64,000 bases of DNA, taken from positions 5,642,001 through 5,706,000 of the forward strand of contig OZ116698.1 of NCBI GenBank assembly GCA_964199315.1, in the 5' to 3' direction. Numbering within the stretch: the first letter of the stretch is position 1; every line of letters starts with the position of its first letter. Positions 37,101 through 50,379 of this stretch are shown here, one piece after another. Origin of the DNA: Orbicella franksi (Eukaryota). The translations under genes were made by a program, and so were the position numbers. The notes beneath the pieces are model-generated. The model worked only from the letters and a program-made list of their open reading frames with translations, was not told the DNA's origin and searched no databases.

Positions 37101-39353
37101 GGTTTGGGTTTTCTTTAGTCATGTTTTGAATTTATTCTTCACCCATGCACATGTATAATCTTCTGGGCCTGGTTACATGTATTTTCAGGTGGGTTAAATC
37201 CTAATCCCAGGTTAAGAAAACTTAACCTCTGGTTAAATTTTATCTCCAGGTTAGTTCTGTTGTGTAAAGGTTAGTTAAGATGGATGGAATTTTGTGGAAG
37301 GCAATGTTTTTACAGCCTTTCTACCGTTGTCTTTGCTCTACCTTGAAAACCAACCTTGCCATATTGTTTCAAATACTCTTTCAGGTTAAGATGAAATCCA
37401 TATTTGCCATAGGATTTACCTTCACAGCACTCATTGGCATGTTTAACTCCATGTAAGTAAATCCATGCACTTACAGACTGAAGAATGTCCACTCATCTGT
37501 GTTAATTTTTTCAGTTGGCTCACAATTCAGTGAAAGTTATACATGATGAGCACAAGTTATGCAGAACAAACTTAATAAGTTCACTTTATTAAAGGGAAAC
37601 AGAGGCCCAGGGGTTCCGTTATTGTTTTCATCAGGAGGGTATCTGGTTATCACTGGCGGGCAAAACTATTTGAACTGAGCTTGTTAATTATATAAGAAAC
37701 ACTTTCCTATAGATGGTCAAACCATCTGGGGAAAATCGTCCTTAGAACTGTTCAATTTGCCCGGTGCTTGGCCCCTAATGAAACCCGTGGAGGCCACCAT
37801 ATGAGAAAAAACCTATTCGGCTTTTGAACTTAAAAGTGTCAGTGGGTTCAAAATGTTTGTGTTATTCAAAAATGTATTTGGAAAACAAGAGTGGAATATA
37901 CATGTTCATGTATATGACTGCTAATCTACAGGAATTTTAAACTTTGTAGAGTTTTCTGTAATAAAAGACTTATCTGATATTTTTAAGAATCTATATAATT
38001 TCCATTCTCCGTTGTGTAGTTGTTGATCATTTGTGCACTGTGTATACATAAAAGTATATGCACCATTAATGATTATTAACAGTATCTCACTGTGTTTTCA
38101 GTTTTGATGGCAGGGTAGTTGCTAAGCTACCCTTTGTTCCCCACTCATGGCTTCAAGGATTGTCTCACCGTAATTTAATGGGTACAGACTTTACAGACTG
38201 CTCCTTCATCTTCCTGTACATTCTCTGCACCATGTCTGTAAGACAGGTAAAATGTGTTTTTGAATCTCCATTAATTTGTGCTTCAAATGCCACTTGTGAG
38301 TAGACCTTTTCTTACATGAAACATTAAATAAGCCATGTCCCTGGAGTTGCAAACATTGAAAAAATACAGTGTTTGGTAAAAAACAAAAAGAGCGAAGTCA
38401 GAATATTACTGTAAATTTGATTTAAGATTTTCCAAAAGTGCTTTGCAGTATATTTTGTCTCAACTTGTAGGTTGCACTTGTCACTTGATTTATAATTAAA
38501 TTTCCAAAAATTATATACAAATCTTTTGATGACCTGTAGTGTTAAGAAATTGGAAAAAAATATTTTGCTACGATTATCAGTTAAGCAAGGCACGGCAAAA
38601 GTTTGATCACCAGGTTTCAATGTGAAAATCGTGTTGTTGTTACGGGCAACTGGCTGCGTTTCCAGTGGCAACTTGCAGGCCTTTGAAATCATTGGCAGCA
38701 AAGCGCGTGAAATTGTAGGTGATGCAACAGGTTACATGACAGGCGATGCACGTCTGTTGATATTGTTATCAATGGAAATGAGGTAAGTTACCCGTGACAA
38801 CACCCCAATTTTCAGGTCAAAGTTTGTCGCTAAACTTCCGTCGCGCCTTACTCAACTGATAATGGTAGTAAGTTTAGTCAAGTCAAATCAAGTCAAACTT
38901 TATTTAGGCAGGGTGGCAGTTATCAGCGATTGGCTGGTATCAACAGGGGCCCTGTGTAAGTCGATGATCCAGGACTCTGAAAACCACATTTCATTCTCCC
39001 AATACATTTATCTGGAAATTTTTCAGCAAATTTTAAATTGGTAGGATTGTATGGACAAATGAGAGGAGAGTTAAAACTGTATGCCTCACATTATTTGTGC
39101 ACCTTGACAGTTTTCAAATTAGATTCACCAAACAATAATTATTATCCTTTCTGGAAAATTTTGCTATTTAAAGAGATCATGCAAGTTGTATTGAATAGGG
39201 AGCAAAAACTGATATACCGGTATTTTTGTAGATGGAAGTTAGTTTTGGTGTGTTCTCATTCCATAGAATATTCAGAAGCTTCTAGGATTTGCTCCATCAC
39301 GGGCAGCAAGCAAAGTTGGTGGTCTTCTAACTCCACCTCAGGGAACCAAGTGA
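34147..39353 (+). CDS. TMCO1: Transmembrane and coiled-coil domain protein 1 (ER calcium load-activated channel), 182 aa, 7 exons
   Basis: Exons 34147-34207, 35461-35538, 36728-36790, 36912-36958, 37385-37452, 38102-38246, 39267-39353 (549 nt). Motifs MLADTILI, LVYRTDKYK, EEKLKNHNRDLSMVKMKS, FDGRVVAKLPF, LSHRNL, DCSFIFLYILCTMS, NIQKLLGFAPSRAA. Confidence 0.96.
34471..34652. mobile_element. MITE with AGGCCATTTCC / GGAAATGGCC(C) ends in TMCO1 intron 1 (ISL2EU-type by terminus)
   Basis: Short inverted termini, decayed internal sequence. Confidence 0.55.
36054..36353 (+). mobile_element. tRNA-derived SINE (family A) with (TTTA)n tail
   Basis: Homologous to 30378-30640; tail at 36304-36353. Confidence 0.85.
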
Positions 39354-39639
39354 AACTGGTTGTAGTGATCTGCCTCCAAGCTCCTTTTCATGCCACTTTG
39401 TAGTAAACTGAAGACAGTTTCTGCATTGCATGATACAGATAAGAACAGAAGTCTGCTCAGCTACATATGATGTCCGTTTCAGTGGCTGCTCCTGATGCAC
39501 CAAAAAGTAAAGACATTCTCACGAGTGCATATTGATGCACTTGTCTTTCACTAGATCTACCTCTGTTTTTGACATGATGTTTTGTCTACAGTCCTTTCAG
39601 TAGAAAAGGTCTAAAAGTCCTGTACTGTTCCATGTTTTT

Positions 39640-39645
39640 AATAAA
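39640..39645 (+). terminator. Candidate TMCO1 polyadenylation signal
   Basis: AATAAA about 290 nt after the stop, followed by TGTTG. Confidence 0.45.
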
Positions 39646-40194
39646 TGTTGCTTGCTAGACTTGCCACAACTTGACCTTTATTCATTTCCCTCCAGTGAAG
39701 TGACAGGGTGATCTTTGAGGGAAGAAGTCGTGAGCACGAGCGACCTGAAACCAACAGGGCAGGAAAGAATTATTGGAAAGGCCTTTTAGAAAGTCTAGTT
39801 GCATGCATGCAATTGTCTTTACTGATTGTCATGTCTCTGTTTTTTGTTTGTTCTGAGAAATTATGTGGTAAATTATATTGTACTCACTGAGTGCATTGTT
39901 GTACTTCTCGAGTGATATCTGGTCCAGACAATCCCTCTGTTCTGCCTTCCAATAAATGCTAATAATATTGTTAAGTGTTCTGAATTGGAACCAATTTGAA
40001 ACTAAAAACAAACTGCTTTAATATCAAGAAAATATATTCAAATGACCATGATGGCCATTGGGTACTATTTTCTTTGTTGGACCTTGATGAAATAATAATA
40101 TTATAATAATTAAATTGAGACGAGAAGGTGTATTGTGCTTAATTTGAGCCAGAAAGCTTGTTGTGTAACATAATGAGAGTATCCCTTATCATTA

Positions 40195-40579
40195 TGGGCA
40201 GCCGTTACCACCAAAAATACAAACGATACAAACAGTCTAGAATAAACAGAAATGGTTTAAATGCCCTTTGTTAGTTAGTACAGTTTATATGCTGTAGTTA
40301 CAATGCAGTTGGACCGGTTGTCTTTGGTGGAATGGGATACTCAACCAGCAAATGGTTTAGACAGTTTAGAAACTGTCTAGCCACCGTTGTCGAAGCGATA
40401 AAATGAAGACACAATTTTCGCAACCTTGGGTGTATCAACGGTCCAATTAATTCAAAAAGTATGGCGAAGTAAGAACACCGACAATCACTGAAACAATAGA
40501 ACGGAACATTACTGAAACATTTCTGTTTGTTCCACAGACTGTTTGTATCGTTTGTATTTTTGGTGGTTACGGCTGCCCA
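40195..40579. mobile_element. 385-bp MITE with about 60-bp TIRs and TA TSD
   Basis: TA|TGGGCAGCCGTTACCACCAAAAATACAAACGATACAAACAGTCT mirrored by AGACTGTTTGTATCGTTTGTATTTTTGGTGGTTACGGCTGCCCA|TA. Confidence 0.85.
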
Positions 40580-40584
40580 TATAT

Positions 40585-40905
40585 CGTGGCCTTTTTCCAG
40601 ATGGTCAGTGGCCCCTCCTTCCAGGTCCGCCCACTTGATTTTCTTGAATCGCTAATAAACGTTATCAACACATGTGTAAAACAGATTTTCTTGCATGTGC
40701 GCACGTCACGCAATCCTTTTCCCCAAGCTCCATCCGGAGTATGACAAGCAAGTAACATGTGCAAGTCACGTGGGTTACGTGGGTCAGTTTTCTTGGCGGT
40801 TCCTCTGCGGTTCCAGAGAATGCGCGCATTTCTGGCGTTCCTCTGACCTGCTATGGAAGAAAGGAGCGAAGAACGGCTCGGGCTGTAGTTTACAACTGAT
40901 GGTAT
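40585..40905. promoter_or_regulatory. CpG-rich promoter-like island of an unidentified gene
   Basis: CCGCCC, GCACGTCACG, GTCACGTG and palindromic GAATGCGCGCATT; possible donor GTATGA at 40902. Confidence 0.4.
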
Positions 40906-41156
40906 GATCCTACCCCGACCAGGTTTGAATAATTTACTCTGTAGGTCAGCTGCGGGCAGCTGAGATTCAGCTGTTTGGTTGACAGACCACACACAACACT
41001 GCTGATTTCTAGTTTCAGTCTGTAGTTTCAGCTTCAAATATTTCTGCTCTGGAAAGCAAACATTAGTGTGCTTCAAGTTAGCAAGAATTGCAGTCGTTTC
41101 GCGTGAACTTATAGTCCATTTTCTGGCATTGAATATCAGCGTGAAAGAAAGGGTTT

Positions 41157-41295
41157 ACGGTCACTTCGCTCCATGGTTAGATCGCTCCAACTCGTTCGCT
41201 AAACCCGATGTTGGATCGCTCCACAATAGAAGTTACTTTGCTCCACACAAATTTCACTTCGTTGAATACAGAAGTGACAAGTTTCGTTCCATGTA
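41157..41295. repeat. Cluster of TGGAGCGA(A/T)-type repeats, probable transposon end
   Basis: Five minus-strand TGGA(G/A)C(G/A)A units within 140 bp. Confidence 0.45.
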
Positions 41296-41451
41296 AGAAA
41301 TTAGTGAAATATTGCCGTGAACTTTTTGTTCTTTGTGGTCGCTGATGTTTTTGATGTTGGACTGATTTTGAAGGAGGCCAGACTTATGCGAGGGGTGTCA
41401 ATGGGGTATAGGCGAATCTTTTCTGACGTTATTGTTTACATTTTTCCTCAG

Positions 41452-41524
41452 TAACATACATGCATAGAAGGCATCATGCTAGACACGATTCTACTAGAAA
41501 AACTCAAAGAGCTTGTGAAACTTA
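41452..41524 (+). other. Candidate exon of an unidentified gene
   Basis: Acceptor TTTTTCCTCAG, donor GTAAGT; contains ATG...MLDTILLEKLKELVKL; no homology recognised. Confidence 0.3.
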
Positions 41525-42027
41525 GTAAGTGGTGAAATTGTTGGTTCTTTGGGTGTAATCGAGGAGAAATTGGCTTTCAAAAACATCAAAATTTCTGTGT
41601 GGCAAAAGCGTTAATGAGCTCATACATTTTTTGTAAAATTTTGGGCCGTTAAAACCTCGTCGCGCAAAAAGTATTCAATACATCGTGCTCAAATTCCTTG
41701 GGACAGTTAATCGTGCTGTGCCCTTTCAATATTCAGTATTAATCTCGTTGTAGCACCATCAGAAACTGTATCGCTTATGGTAATGAGGGAAATTTTGAAA
41801 ACAAAGATTCTCCTATAGCCCTAGCCAGTACACAGCTAAAAATAAGCCATTTAGTTAGTAAATTGTTCCAATAGTCAGTAAACAGTAAAAAAGGAGATTA
41901 GTCTGGTGGTTAATTTGTATGATTTTATGGTTTTTATGAGCTTTGGATGACGTCTGTTTGCAAAATACGTGTAAGTCATGACTTCAGGAGGCAAAGTCAT
42001 CTTTCGAATTATTGAAATGATTTGGAG

Positions 42028-42290
42028 ATGGAATGGTCTCATGGTTAGTTTGTTCGATGCCGGATCAAGCTTAGGCAAGACACTTTTCCTCTCCCAGTGC
42101 TAAATGGGTACAAATGGCGAATGGGTGCTGACAAATTTTGTGCTGGGGGTAACCTTGTGACGGACTAACGTCCCGTCTACATGCATTGGAGAGTAACAAT
42201 ACTCCTAGTCGCTTCATGCTACAGAAACGGGGAAAAGCTTTGGCCCGAGGGGCCATTTGGCTCATATGCAGATTCTACCTACCTACCTAT
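42028..42290 (+). mobile_element. tRNA-derived SINE (family B, CORE-like), internally deleted
   Basis: GGCAAGACACTTT...GCTTCATGCTACAGAAAC...CATATGCAGA; homologous to 47035-47336. Confidence 0.8.
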
Positions 42291-42919
42291 TGCACAATTA
42301 GTGTTACGCAGTGGACTCCTAGATGTGTATTTTTCAAGACTGTTGTAATATCCTTGATGGTTTAGCCAAAATGGCACACTGAACACTTAGAGTAAGCTAA
42401 ATTCCTGTGATAATTTGTTGCTGTAGTTGACCTTTCCAGGCAAAAAAATTTCGGCTCAAAGCAATTTTCAGGTTATATGGGCTATGTGGGGATGTGCGTG
42501 CCCAAAGGGTATTGTTTTTCAGCCGTTTTGGTCATAAAGAATAAAACAGGGTGTTGATTTTGGCCATAAATAGGTCATGGTTTTTTGCACTCTAGTCTTG
42601 AATTGGTACATAAGTACTTTTCCTTATGTTCTAACTTCTAGAAAGGCCCGAAATCATGAGATAAGTATATATTTTTCAACAAACTCGACCGTAGCCTTGT
42701 GTCAATGCACCTCCATAACCCCGAAACTCAAAATGCTCCGGTTTCCAAATGAAGCATGTTATTGAGCTGTAAAATTGTAAACAGATATGAATATACCCCC
42801 TTGTATGCCTGATGAGGATAAAAACTTTGGTGGCTCTTTAATTTTGAATTTTAGAAAGTGATGATGTCACGTGAAAACGATCTATAGCTGCAGCTAAATT
42901 TTATAACAGCACCTATGAG

Positions 42920-43130
42920 ATTAAAATGAATGACTTAAGTCTTGTTTTTTTATGGATATGGAATTTCCACGGGGTAGGGGGACCCAAGTAGAAAAATCAT
43001 GGAAATTCCAGCAGAAGGGATGGGGGGAGTACCGTGAAGCACCCTGGAATGGAAAATCCCGTGGATTGGGGGTCAAACTGGGAAAAAAAAAACCTCCTTG
43101 GGGGTATGGATATTTCCTGGAACCACTCAT
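42920..43130. mobile_element. Decayed MITE (GGATATTTCCTGGAACCACTCATT end)
   Basis: Repeated GGAAATTCC/GGAATTTCC motifs and G-rich subtermini. Confidence 0.4.
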
Positions 43131-43439
43131 TGAGTGTTCTAAATGTTTTATTGCATAAGGTTTAATTCAAAAGGAAAAATCAAAGAGAATTAGTTAATCT
43201 AAGCTCTGTATTATTAATTAACATTACTTTTGCATATTAAATTGATTTAATCATCCTTGTTAAATAAAATAATTTCGGGCTAGCTCCTCAGAGATTTGGG
43301 CTGGTAAGATGAAATTACAGCTTGCCCAAAGGGCAAGCAGAGTTTTTGAATTTCATCTTACCCTGATTCTATGCATTGCATTGTTGATCATTGCTTTTAT
43401 TTTATTTGGTGGCTCCTTTATTTTTGATGTTTTGTTTTG

Positions 43440-43900
43440 TTGGTCCATTATTGGTTCCCTTGGTCCATTGAGGTAAGAACAGGCTTTCAGCAACCACTTG
43501 GCTGATGGTTGGCCTTGTATTCCTCCCATAAGTTAAATGGTTTGGTCTGAAGCTCATGGTACTTGCGTCGCTGGATTCTCTTAAGTTTCTTATCAGAAAC
43601 AAGGCGGATCTATAGGGCAGCAAGTTTGGCCTTTCTGTGTAGGAGCTGAATCAGGAGGTACAAGGGCAGCTGCTTGGCAGTTGCTTTGTTGAATACGGTC
43701 CAGTCTGACGGGCTCCAGGTGGTGCCATGGATCCAGTTGCTGGATACGTACTCTGTGAATGGCTGCATTGTGATGGGAGCTTGGGGCTGGATGGGGTTAA
43801 ACATTGGTTGGATTTCGTTTTCAGGCAGGAAGGGCAGCGCAAGCATCTTCCTTATGAAGGAGAAGGTCTCTTGATCATGGTTGTAAGCACTCTGTAAACA
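43440..43900 (-). mobile_element. Mutator-like (MULE) transposase C-terminal remnant
   Basis: LQSAYNHDQETFSFIRKMLALPFLP...FTEYVSSNWI...WSPSDWTVF, then QLPLYLLIQLLH...*IRLVSDKKLKRIQ. The expected RTNN..EGWH segment is missing; stops present. Confidence 0.8.
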
Positions 43901-44049
43901 CAATTCCTGTACTTAGGAAAATTAAATGGAATACAATTTTAGCTCTGCAATTTAGATTTTTATCCATTCTCAGTAAAAATGTTTGTTATTTAGAATTGAT
44001 TTGCTTCTTTACATGTCATGCTAGTGGGAGGTCTAAGCATGACGACAGT

Positions 44050-44290
44050 GTTGAAGTATTTCGCGCTCAAATCATCCACATTGGAGCCTCAAGGAAACTG
44101 CTCATGCATTTTAGTGTCATGATAGTCTTGATGAAAGGCAAGGATTGCCCGAGTCTGAAAATGGGTTCCTTTCATTGCTAGGAATTTCAGGTACCCCAGA
44201 TATTGCCTAGCCTCACTGAGACTTGATGAGAGCAATGTTTTCAAGATAGATTTTGATGTTAGCCTGCATAAACTGGTGGAATGTCAGCAG
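44050..44290 (-). mobile_element. DIRS/Ngaro-like ORF1 (gag) remnant
   Basis: FHQFMQANIKIY and QYLGYLKFLAMKGTHFQTRAILAFHQDYH...FP*GSNVDDLSAKYF resemble YR-retrotransposon ORF1; frameshifted. Confidence 0.5.
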
Positions 44291-47034
44291 TTAGGGCTTC
44301 ATTTGCTTCCCGTCTGAGCCATAAATAAGTTCACAACATTAAGGAAGCAACTGCTTACCTCCGGCTATGGCTTTCTCAGAGGCAGACAAAGCGACTTTAG
44401 TCTTTTTGACTTTGTGGTTATTTGTTTCAACACCCATGCTAAAATCTGCCTCGATGGTCACAAGTTCCTTTTCCATATTAAGGTTCTGTTGTAGGTATGG
44501 CCTTGTCCTGCTCGAAATGAATTCTCCCAGAAGTGGCAGCAGGTTTATCTGTGGCTTGAGTCACGATTGTATGGCAAGGTAGTGCTCTGTGGCCTACAGA
44601 GAGCTCCAAGTCGGCGATATGCTACATTAGACCAAAGTGAATTTCGACAGAAGTGATATTGTGTTCCTCTAAACCCTGAAGCAAACCATCGTGGAGATTG
44701 TTCTCTGCACCTAAAGAGGAAAGCCAGGGGCTTAATCCATTTGCCTTCTTACTTGATTTCTTATTTTAAGCAGGTATAGTGAATAGGGAAAAATGGCTAA
44801 ATGAAAACTAACTTAAGAAAAACTAAGCTGGACCACTGTCTCACTTGAACTGATGGGCTATCATATAGCCAAGCATTTGTGTTGATGAGTGAGTCAATGA
44901 TTAACCTACTTCATAAATTAGACAGCTTTTGGTCAAATCCAATACCATACATTTTAATTCTTGAAACACTAGAAATATCATTTCACAGAGAAATCATCAT
45001 TGTCATCTTTGTTATTTGCTACACCATCAATAATAATAAATAATAATAAATAATAATAAATGATAATAATAATATTGGAAGCAAAAGGTGGGGATGAGAC
45101 CTCTAAAAAACCACCAGGCTTATAGCAGAGGCCACCTCAGTATATCTCAGTTGAGTTCCCTTAGATGAGAATGTTGATACTTTAAATATACATCAACCTT
45201 TTAACTGTATTTCGTCAGTTTTAAATGAATTGTATGTCTTTTATACAGATTAAAATGCAACGTTATATTTCACCACGCTAAACAGCCAAGTGAGACTGCC
45301 TCAACTGTGGTTTTCTATCTACAGTCTTGTGACATCGCACATATATCTTGGTTTCATCTTGTTTGAATGCAGCTGATACTGACTGTGTGGTTTCTCACTG
45401 ACTGTGTTAAGTTAAGGCGCCAACCATGCTCTTGTAACCTTTGATTACTGCCAATATAACAATGCTCAGACAAGATGAATGTGTTAACAGAGAGGGACTT
45501 CATTTAAATTAACTTTGATGGATTTTTCTGTCCCTTCTGTGAGCATCACAAATTGTCCTGTAGGAGTCTCTCTGCGTAAGGTTTTTGGTTTTTGCAATGA
45601 CATACTATTTATTGTGTGTAACATGATACCACAGGGTTTAAGTTGTACAAGTTGTCCTTCTATGATGTCTCAGGAAAACTAGAGCCCATTCTTCCTATTG
45701 CTTGGTGGTGGCCGCAAAAAGGGCCAAATTTTGCAACTTTCAAAATTCATAGAAAATTAACAAAAATAGCTACAATGATAATTTTTTGGCAGAGGTGATC
45801 AGAAAAGTGAGGAAATTTTTATATCAGCCAAAATTGGGGGGTTAGTTACTCTTTAATGGTCAGTTTTTCCCCAGCCAGCCCTCGTTCATGTACAATCTAA
45901 ATTCATTAATGAGTGCTAGCTTTCCTGGTAATTTCAGGGCAATAACTTAAATCCTTAAAGGTGAACATCACTTGTTATGAGAAAGCAGTCTCAAAGTTTA
46001 TTAGATTGTATATAATTATGATAGTTCTGGAACAAGAACATTAATGGATAGACAACCATCCAAATTTAGTTTCCAGAGGCTTAAGGCAACCAATCAGAAT
46101 CCTCCAGCCTCAAAAGAGACTCCTTCAGGGTCACGAAGGGCTTCTTCCCTTTGCATGTGAACAAGCTAGAGTCCTTGGCAGGCTTCTTTTCCTGGGCTGC
46201 AGCTTGGGTCTCTACTTTGCACATCCACTTTCTGTCCTTTAGCCTAAACGCATAGCTTGTGTGTGTCCAACTATGAATGGAAAGTTTATCCATGATATAA
46301 TATGTTCCTTTGTTTATACCAAAGGACTTTCTCATTTTGTGATGTTGGCAGATGACTGGAATGAAGAGCTTTCATCACAAATGCTGCAAATAGGAGGAAG
46401 ATCAAGACTTAAGCTCTGAATGACAGCCTGCATTTTCTTGGAAAATTGGATGTTTGTAGAAGAAACAAGAGACCAATTATTGTAGCCATGTACCTTTGTA
46501 ATTTTCTCATTGATCCTAATTTTTTTGCTGACGAAGCATCAGCGACAATTTCCACAAAGTTGGAAAGGGAACAAATCCTTTGTTTCTTACTACGATAAAG
46601 TAGAGTCTGGGCCTAATAGAAGGTGGAATCTGAAATAAAAGACACACCAGGAATTTTTGCAATCTTCTCTAATCTAAGCAAAATTATGGCTAGGCAGAAT
46701 AATTATTGTCCATGCCTATGTTACTTTTTGACTCAGCTATTGTAATAGCTTAATGTAATAACTTTACCTGTATATTTTTCTTATTTAGTCTTTGTTGAAT
46801 TTATTGTAATCAGCTATTGATCAGTCTGTGTAAATAATGCCATAAAAATTAAATTATTGTTATTTAACAGCATTGTCATTTAACTAGATACATGTATCCT
46901 TAATATTTCACCAAGTATCCTCTAGAGTTTTTGGACACCCTCATATTTTGGTATTCCTAGGCAACCTATTGCCCTTGACAGAAACTTTGGAGAGACTGAG
47001 TGTGAGGTTTTGGCGCTAGCATTACTAGGATGGT

Positions 47035-47336
47035 GGGAGGTGCAGTGGCCTCATGGTTAGTGTGCTCATCTCTATATTGAGAGGTACACGTTTGAGCCCT
47101 GGCCAGGGACATTGTGTTGTGTTCTTGGGCAAGACACTTTACTCTCACAGTGCCTCCCTCCAACCAGGTATATTAATTGGTACCAATGAACTCAGTGCTG
47201 GGGGTAAGCCTGCGATGGACTTGTGTCCCATTCAGGTGAGAGTAGAAATACCCTTAATCACTTCATGCTACAGAAACTGGGATATTAACTCTGGCCTGAT
47301 GGGCCACTTAGCTTGTATGCAGACTTTACTTTTACC
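47035..47336 (+). mobile_element. tRNA-derived SINE (family B, CORE-like), near full length
   Basis: A box TGGCCTCATGG, B-box-like GTTTGAGCCC, CTTGGGCAAGACACTTTACTCTCACAGTGCC core, ACTTT tail. Confidence 0.85.
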
Positions 47337-48181
47337 ATTACTGAGATGGTTCACATACAAAATGTGAGCTATGATTGATCAATGGTTTTCAAAGGCAACC
47401 ATCAACCAATCATAGCACACATTGGTTACCCAATCCATCCCAGAGCTCCTAGTGCCAAAAGCTGACCTTTAATATTCCCAAGTTTTTGCCAATGGCAATT
47501 AGTTCAGAGTGATTTGTGAGGTTTTGGTGTTAATGGGAATGTATCAATAATGTGTGATCCCAGATAATGCCTAGTCCCCCCACAGAGGGGAATGTCAGAT
47601 TTCCAATACCTATGAGGAATATGGATGTTTTCTCAAGAATAATGATATTTGAACATAACCCCAACTATTTCAAACTGTTTTTTCCCTTGAGGGTTCCAAT
47701 TAATGGGGTTAGACTATACCAGTATTTCATAGAGCATAATGGAAATTAGTCAATACATGAACTGGCTCTAAGAGCCCTTTGATTTACACAATCCCTGTTT
47801 TTCAAGGTGGCTATTGTAGGAGAATGATGTCATAGACAAGGTACTGTGTTGACCAGAGACAGTTTAAAGTAGAGTAGCTGATGATTCAGGTGTAGGGTGC
47901 ATTGTATATTTTCCGGCTGAGGGGCTTGCAGCTGATGATTCAGGAAAATTAAAAAAAAAAAAAAATGGGCAGGGGTGATGTAGTGGGTGCTGAGGCTCCA
48001 AACTTCACAGTGGACAGATTAGTTGCAGGGTTATCAGCAATCAATCAAATCAATCAATCAACCAATATATTTAACGTGGTCGGTATGCTTAGCTAAAAAG
48101 CTAGTTTACAGGTATGCCATGAAAAAAACAGAAAAAAGAAATTTTATGAGCCTTATGAAGGCATATAAATTTAAATAAATT

Positions 48182-48850
48182 AACAACAACAACAACAACC
48201 ATTTGTTTGTACTCACAATTTATAAAATAATTACAATAAACATTAAATTAGTATAGAGTACTGCCTGCCCAAAATAACCATAAGGGCGAAAAAGAATGGG
48301 CAGACATTAAGTTACATAGATTATATATACAGTTATCGGTCGGTAACACACTTACACACACACACACAAATATAAAGATACAAACAGAATGGAAACTTAC
48401 AGCGGAACAGAATATATCCTTATGAATTAATTAAGATTAATTAAGATTAAGAACTAGCTAATATTAAAATATAAGAAGTAACAATGAGTCACAAGTAAAA
48501 TGTATAAGAAAATATGATCATTAAAAGCAGTAAAAATTGATTAAGGATAGATCCACTTCACACTCAGAGTCCTGTGAGATCTAATGTTTTTAAGTCGTTT
48601 TTAAAGGTAGTGTATGTTTGTATCTTTCGAGACTCGTCCGGTATAGTGTGCCACAATTTCGACGCAGTGTATCTCCGTGATCTTAAGCCAAAAGTTGTTG
48701 ATTTTACTTTTGAAGGTTCCAGTATTGTGGTGCCCCTAAGGTTATAAGTGGAGCACCTTACTGTTATAAGATCAAGTAAGCTTGCTGGTCCTGCATCACT
48801 GACCAGTATCTTGAAAACAGTGAACAATATTTTCACTAATAGCTGTTCAT
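48182..48850 (-). mobile_element. L2/CR1-group LINE 3' end with 3' UTR and (TTG)n tail
   Basis: YNLRGTTILEPSKVKSTTFGLRSRRYTASKLWHTIP...FKNDL; (AAC)n at 48182-48199. A second (TTGA)n-tailed end lies at about 48042-48125. Confidence 0.75.
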
Positions 48851-49309
48851 GAAGACTTGAGAGACGGATGCGCTTACAAAGTTCCTCATAAGGTGAGGAC
48901 TTATCTCTAAAAAAAAAATGGAGCTCTCATCAGCAGATGGCCCAGGTACAGGGCATGTGATAAGATGGTGTGGGGTTTATTATAGACTGCCCAGCTGCAG
49001 GATTTCTAAAAGATGATTTAGGTGCAGAGTTCACAGATAGTTGTTCAGTTATGGGGCTTAATGAGGAAGTTGAGAAACAGGTGTTTCGTTGTCTTTAATA
49101 TCATGTCTGTCTGAAAATAGACATGAGTTATGGCAATTTCTTTTAGTTGGAGTTTACCCACCAAACCTGAGGATTTTCCAATTGCAGTTGAAGTCAGAAG
49201 TTATTCACATAGGCTCAATCTGCACTGAGGACAGAGTCTCCTTTTGTCCGTGGCAAATCCAAATGAATTTACCGACTTGACAAAAGTTACAACGAGCCAG
49301 ACGACACAA

Positions 49310-50379
49310 ACTGTGGTGTGGAAACTGCCACGACCGCAAGATTCATGGTTTGAAGTACACTTCTATGATTGTAGACTTGGAAAGGGATTTTTCAGAAAGC
49401 AATTGCACATGAATAGAACAACTTTGGATGCTTCGACGCTTGACTCTCACAGCATCGACTTTCCAAATTTACAAATTTATGCAATCCTATTCCACCAGAA
49501 AAGTTTTGGCGAGTGAACCCTACCACCTTGGACTTGGCAGTTCTTATGAAACCATTGGACTTGTAATGAACATTGGAAGATCGACAGTTCTTGAGAGTGT
49601 GTAAGACGTGGTTGAAGCTTTATGTGATCTTAAAAATGAATACATAAAATTTTCAGAGGCGATAGCAGAAACTCAAGCTGCTATTGAACCTTTACAACAA
49701 AAGCAAACCTTCCTAGTATTGTTGGTGCAGTCAATGAAACTCTCATCCACATTATAGGGCCATCGACAGTTCTTTATTGAATTGTACGTCATCTGCGTCC
49801 CTTGTAGTCTCAGCAAGTGGTCTCTGTACCCAGGGATCAATGGGATAAGCACTGTCACCTACTAAATATGGACCAACGTCAGAGTTCTCTATTCTGATGA
49901 AAGGGCCTTGCAAAATTTGGCCTCTCTCAGCCCTCTCAAATACATTTGAATTTCTCAGAACACGAGCATCATGTGTAGAACCGGAATATCCTGCTGCAAA
50001 ATCAAGAAATAATTGCCTGCTGTCAGCTATGGCCTGAATGGCAAAGCCATGCTGTGTATACCTGCTGAAATAGTGAACAGTGCTGTCAACTGCACGAGTT
50101 GTAATGGAGTGTGCTTTCAGAACCCTAAAATGTCAGCTCAGTTTAGCTAAGCGCCTCAACAGTGAGCTGAGATTCTCGATCAGACGTGCTCTTGATCAGA
50201 TATACAGCTGGATGTGCAGTACTTATAAGTTTTGTATAAGATTTGGGAATGATTGGGGTGATGACGATAATGATGGAGAGAATGATGGAAATAATGCCTG
50301 TAATGACATGATTGGAGATGGAGATGGAGATGGAGATGATCTCGGAGATTTCTTAAATGAATACCTCGCCAGTTTATGA
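49310..50379 (+). mobile_element. PIF/Harbinger transposase remnant with internal inversion
   Basis: Plus strand: LGLGSSYETIGLVMNIGRSTV...LPSIVGAVNETLIHIIGP. Minus strand 49760-50092: YFSRY...AGYSGSTHDARVLRNS...LVGDSAYP...FNKELS. Plus strand again: ARVVMECAFRTLK. Confidence 0.88.

Noticed and set aside
40567-41076. 169-aa minus-strand ORF
   Set aside because: TTG start, ends inside a MITE TIR, no recognisable domain; probably a by-product of GC-rich DNA.
47876-47944. C/D-box snoRNA-like TGATGA...CTGA
   Set aside because: Too short and explained by a 15-bp direct repeat (47876-47890, 47930-47944).
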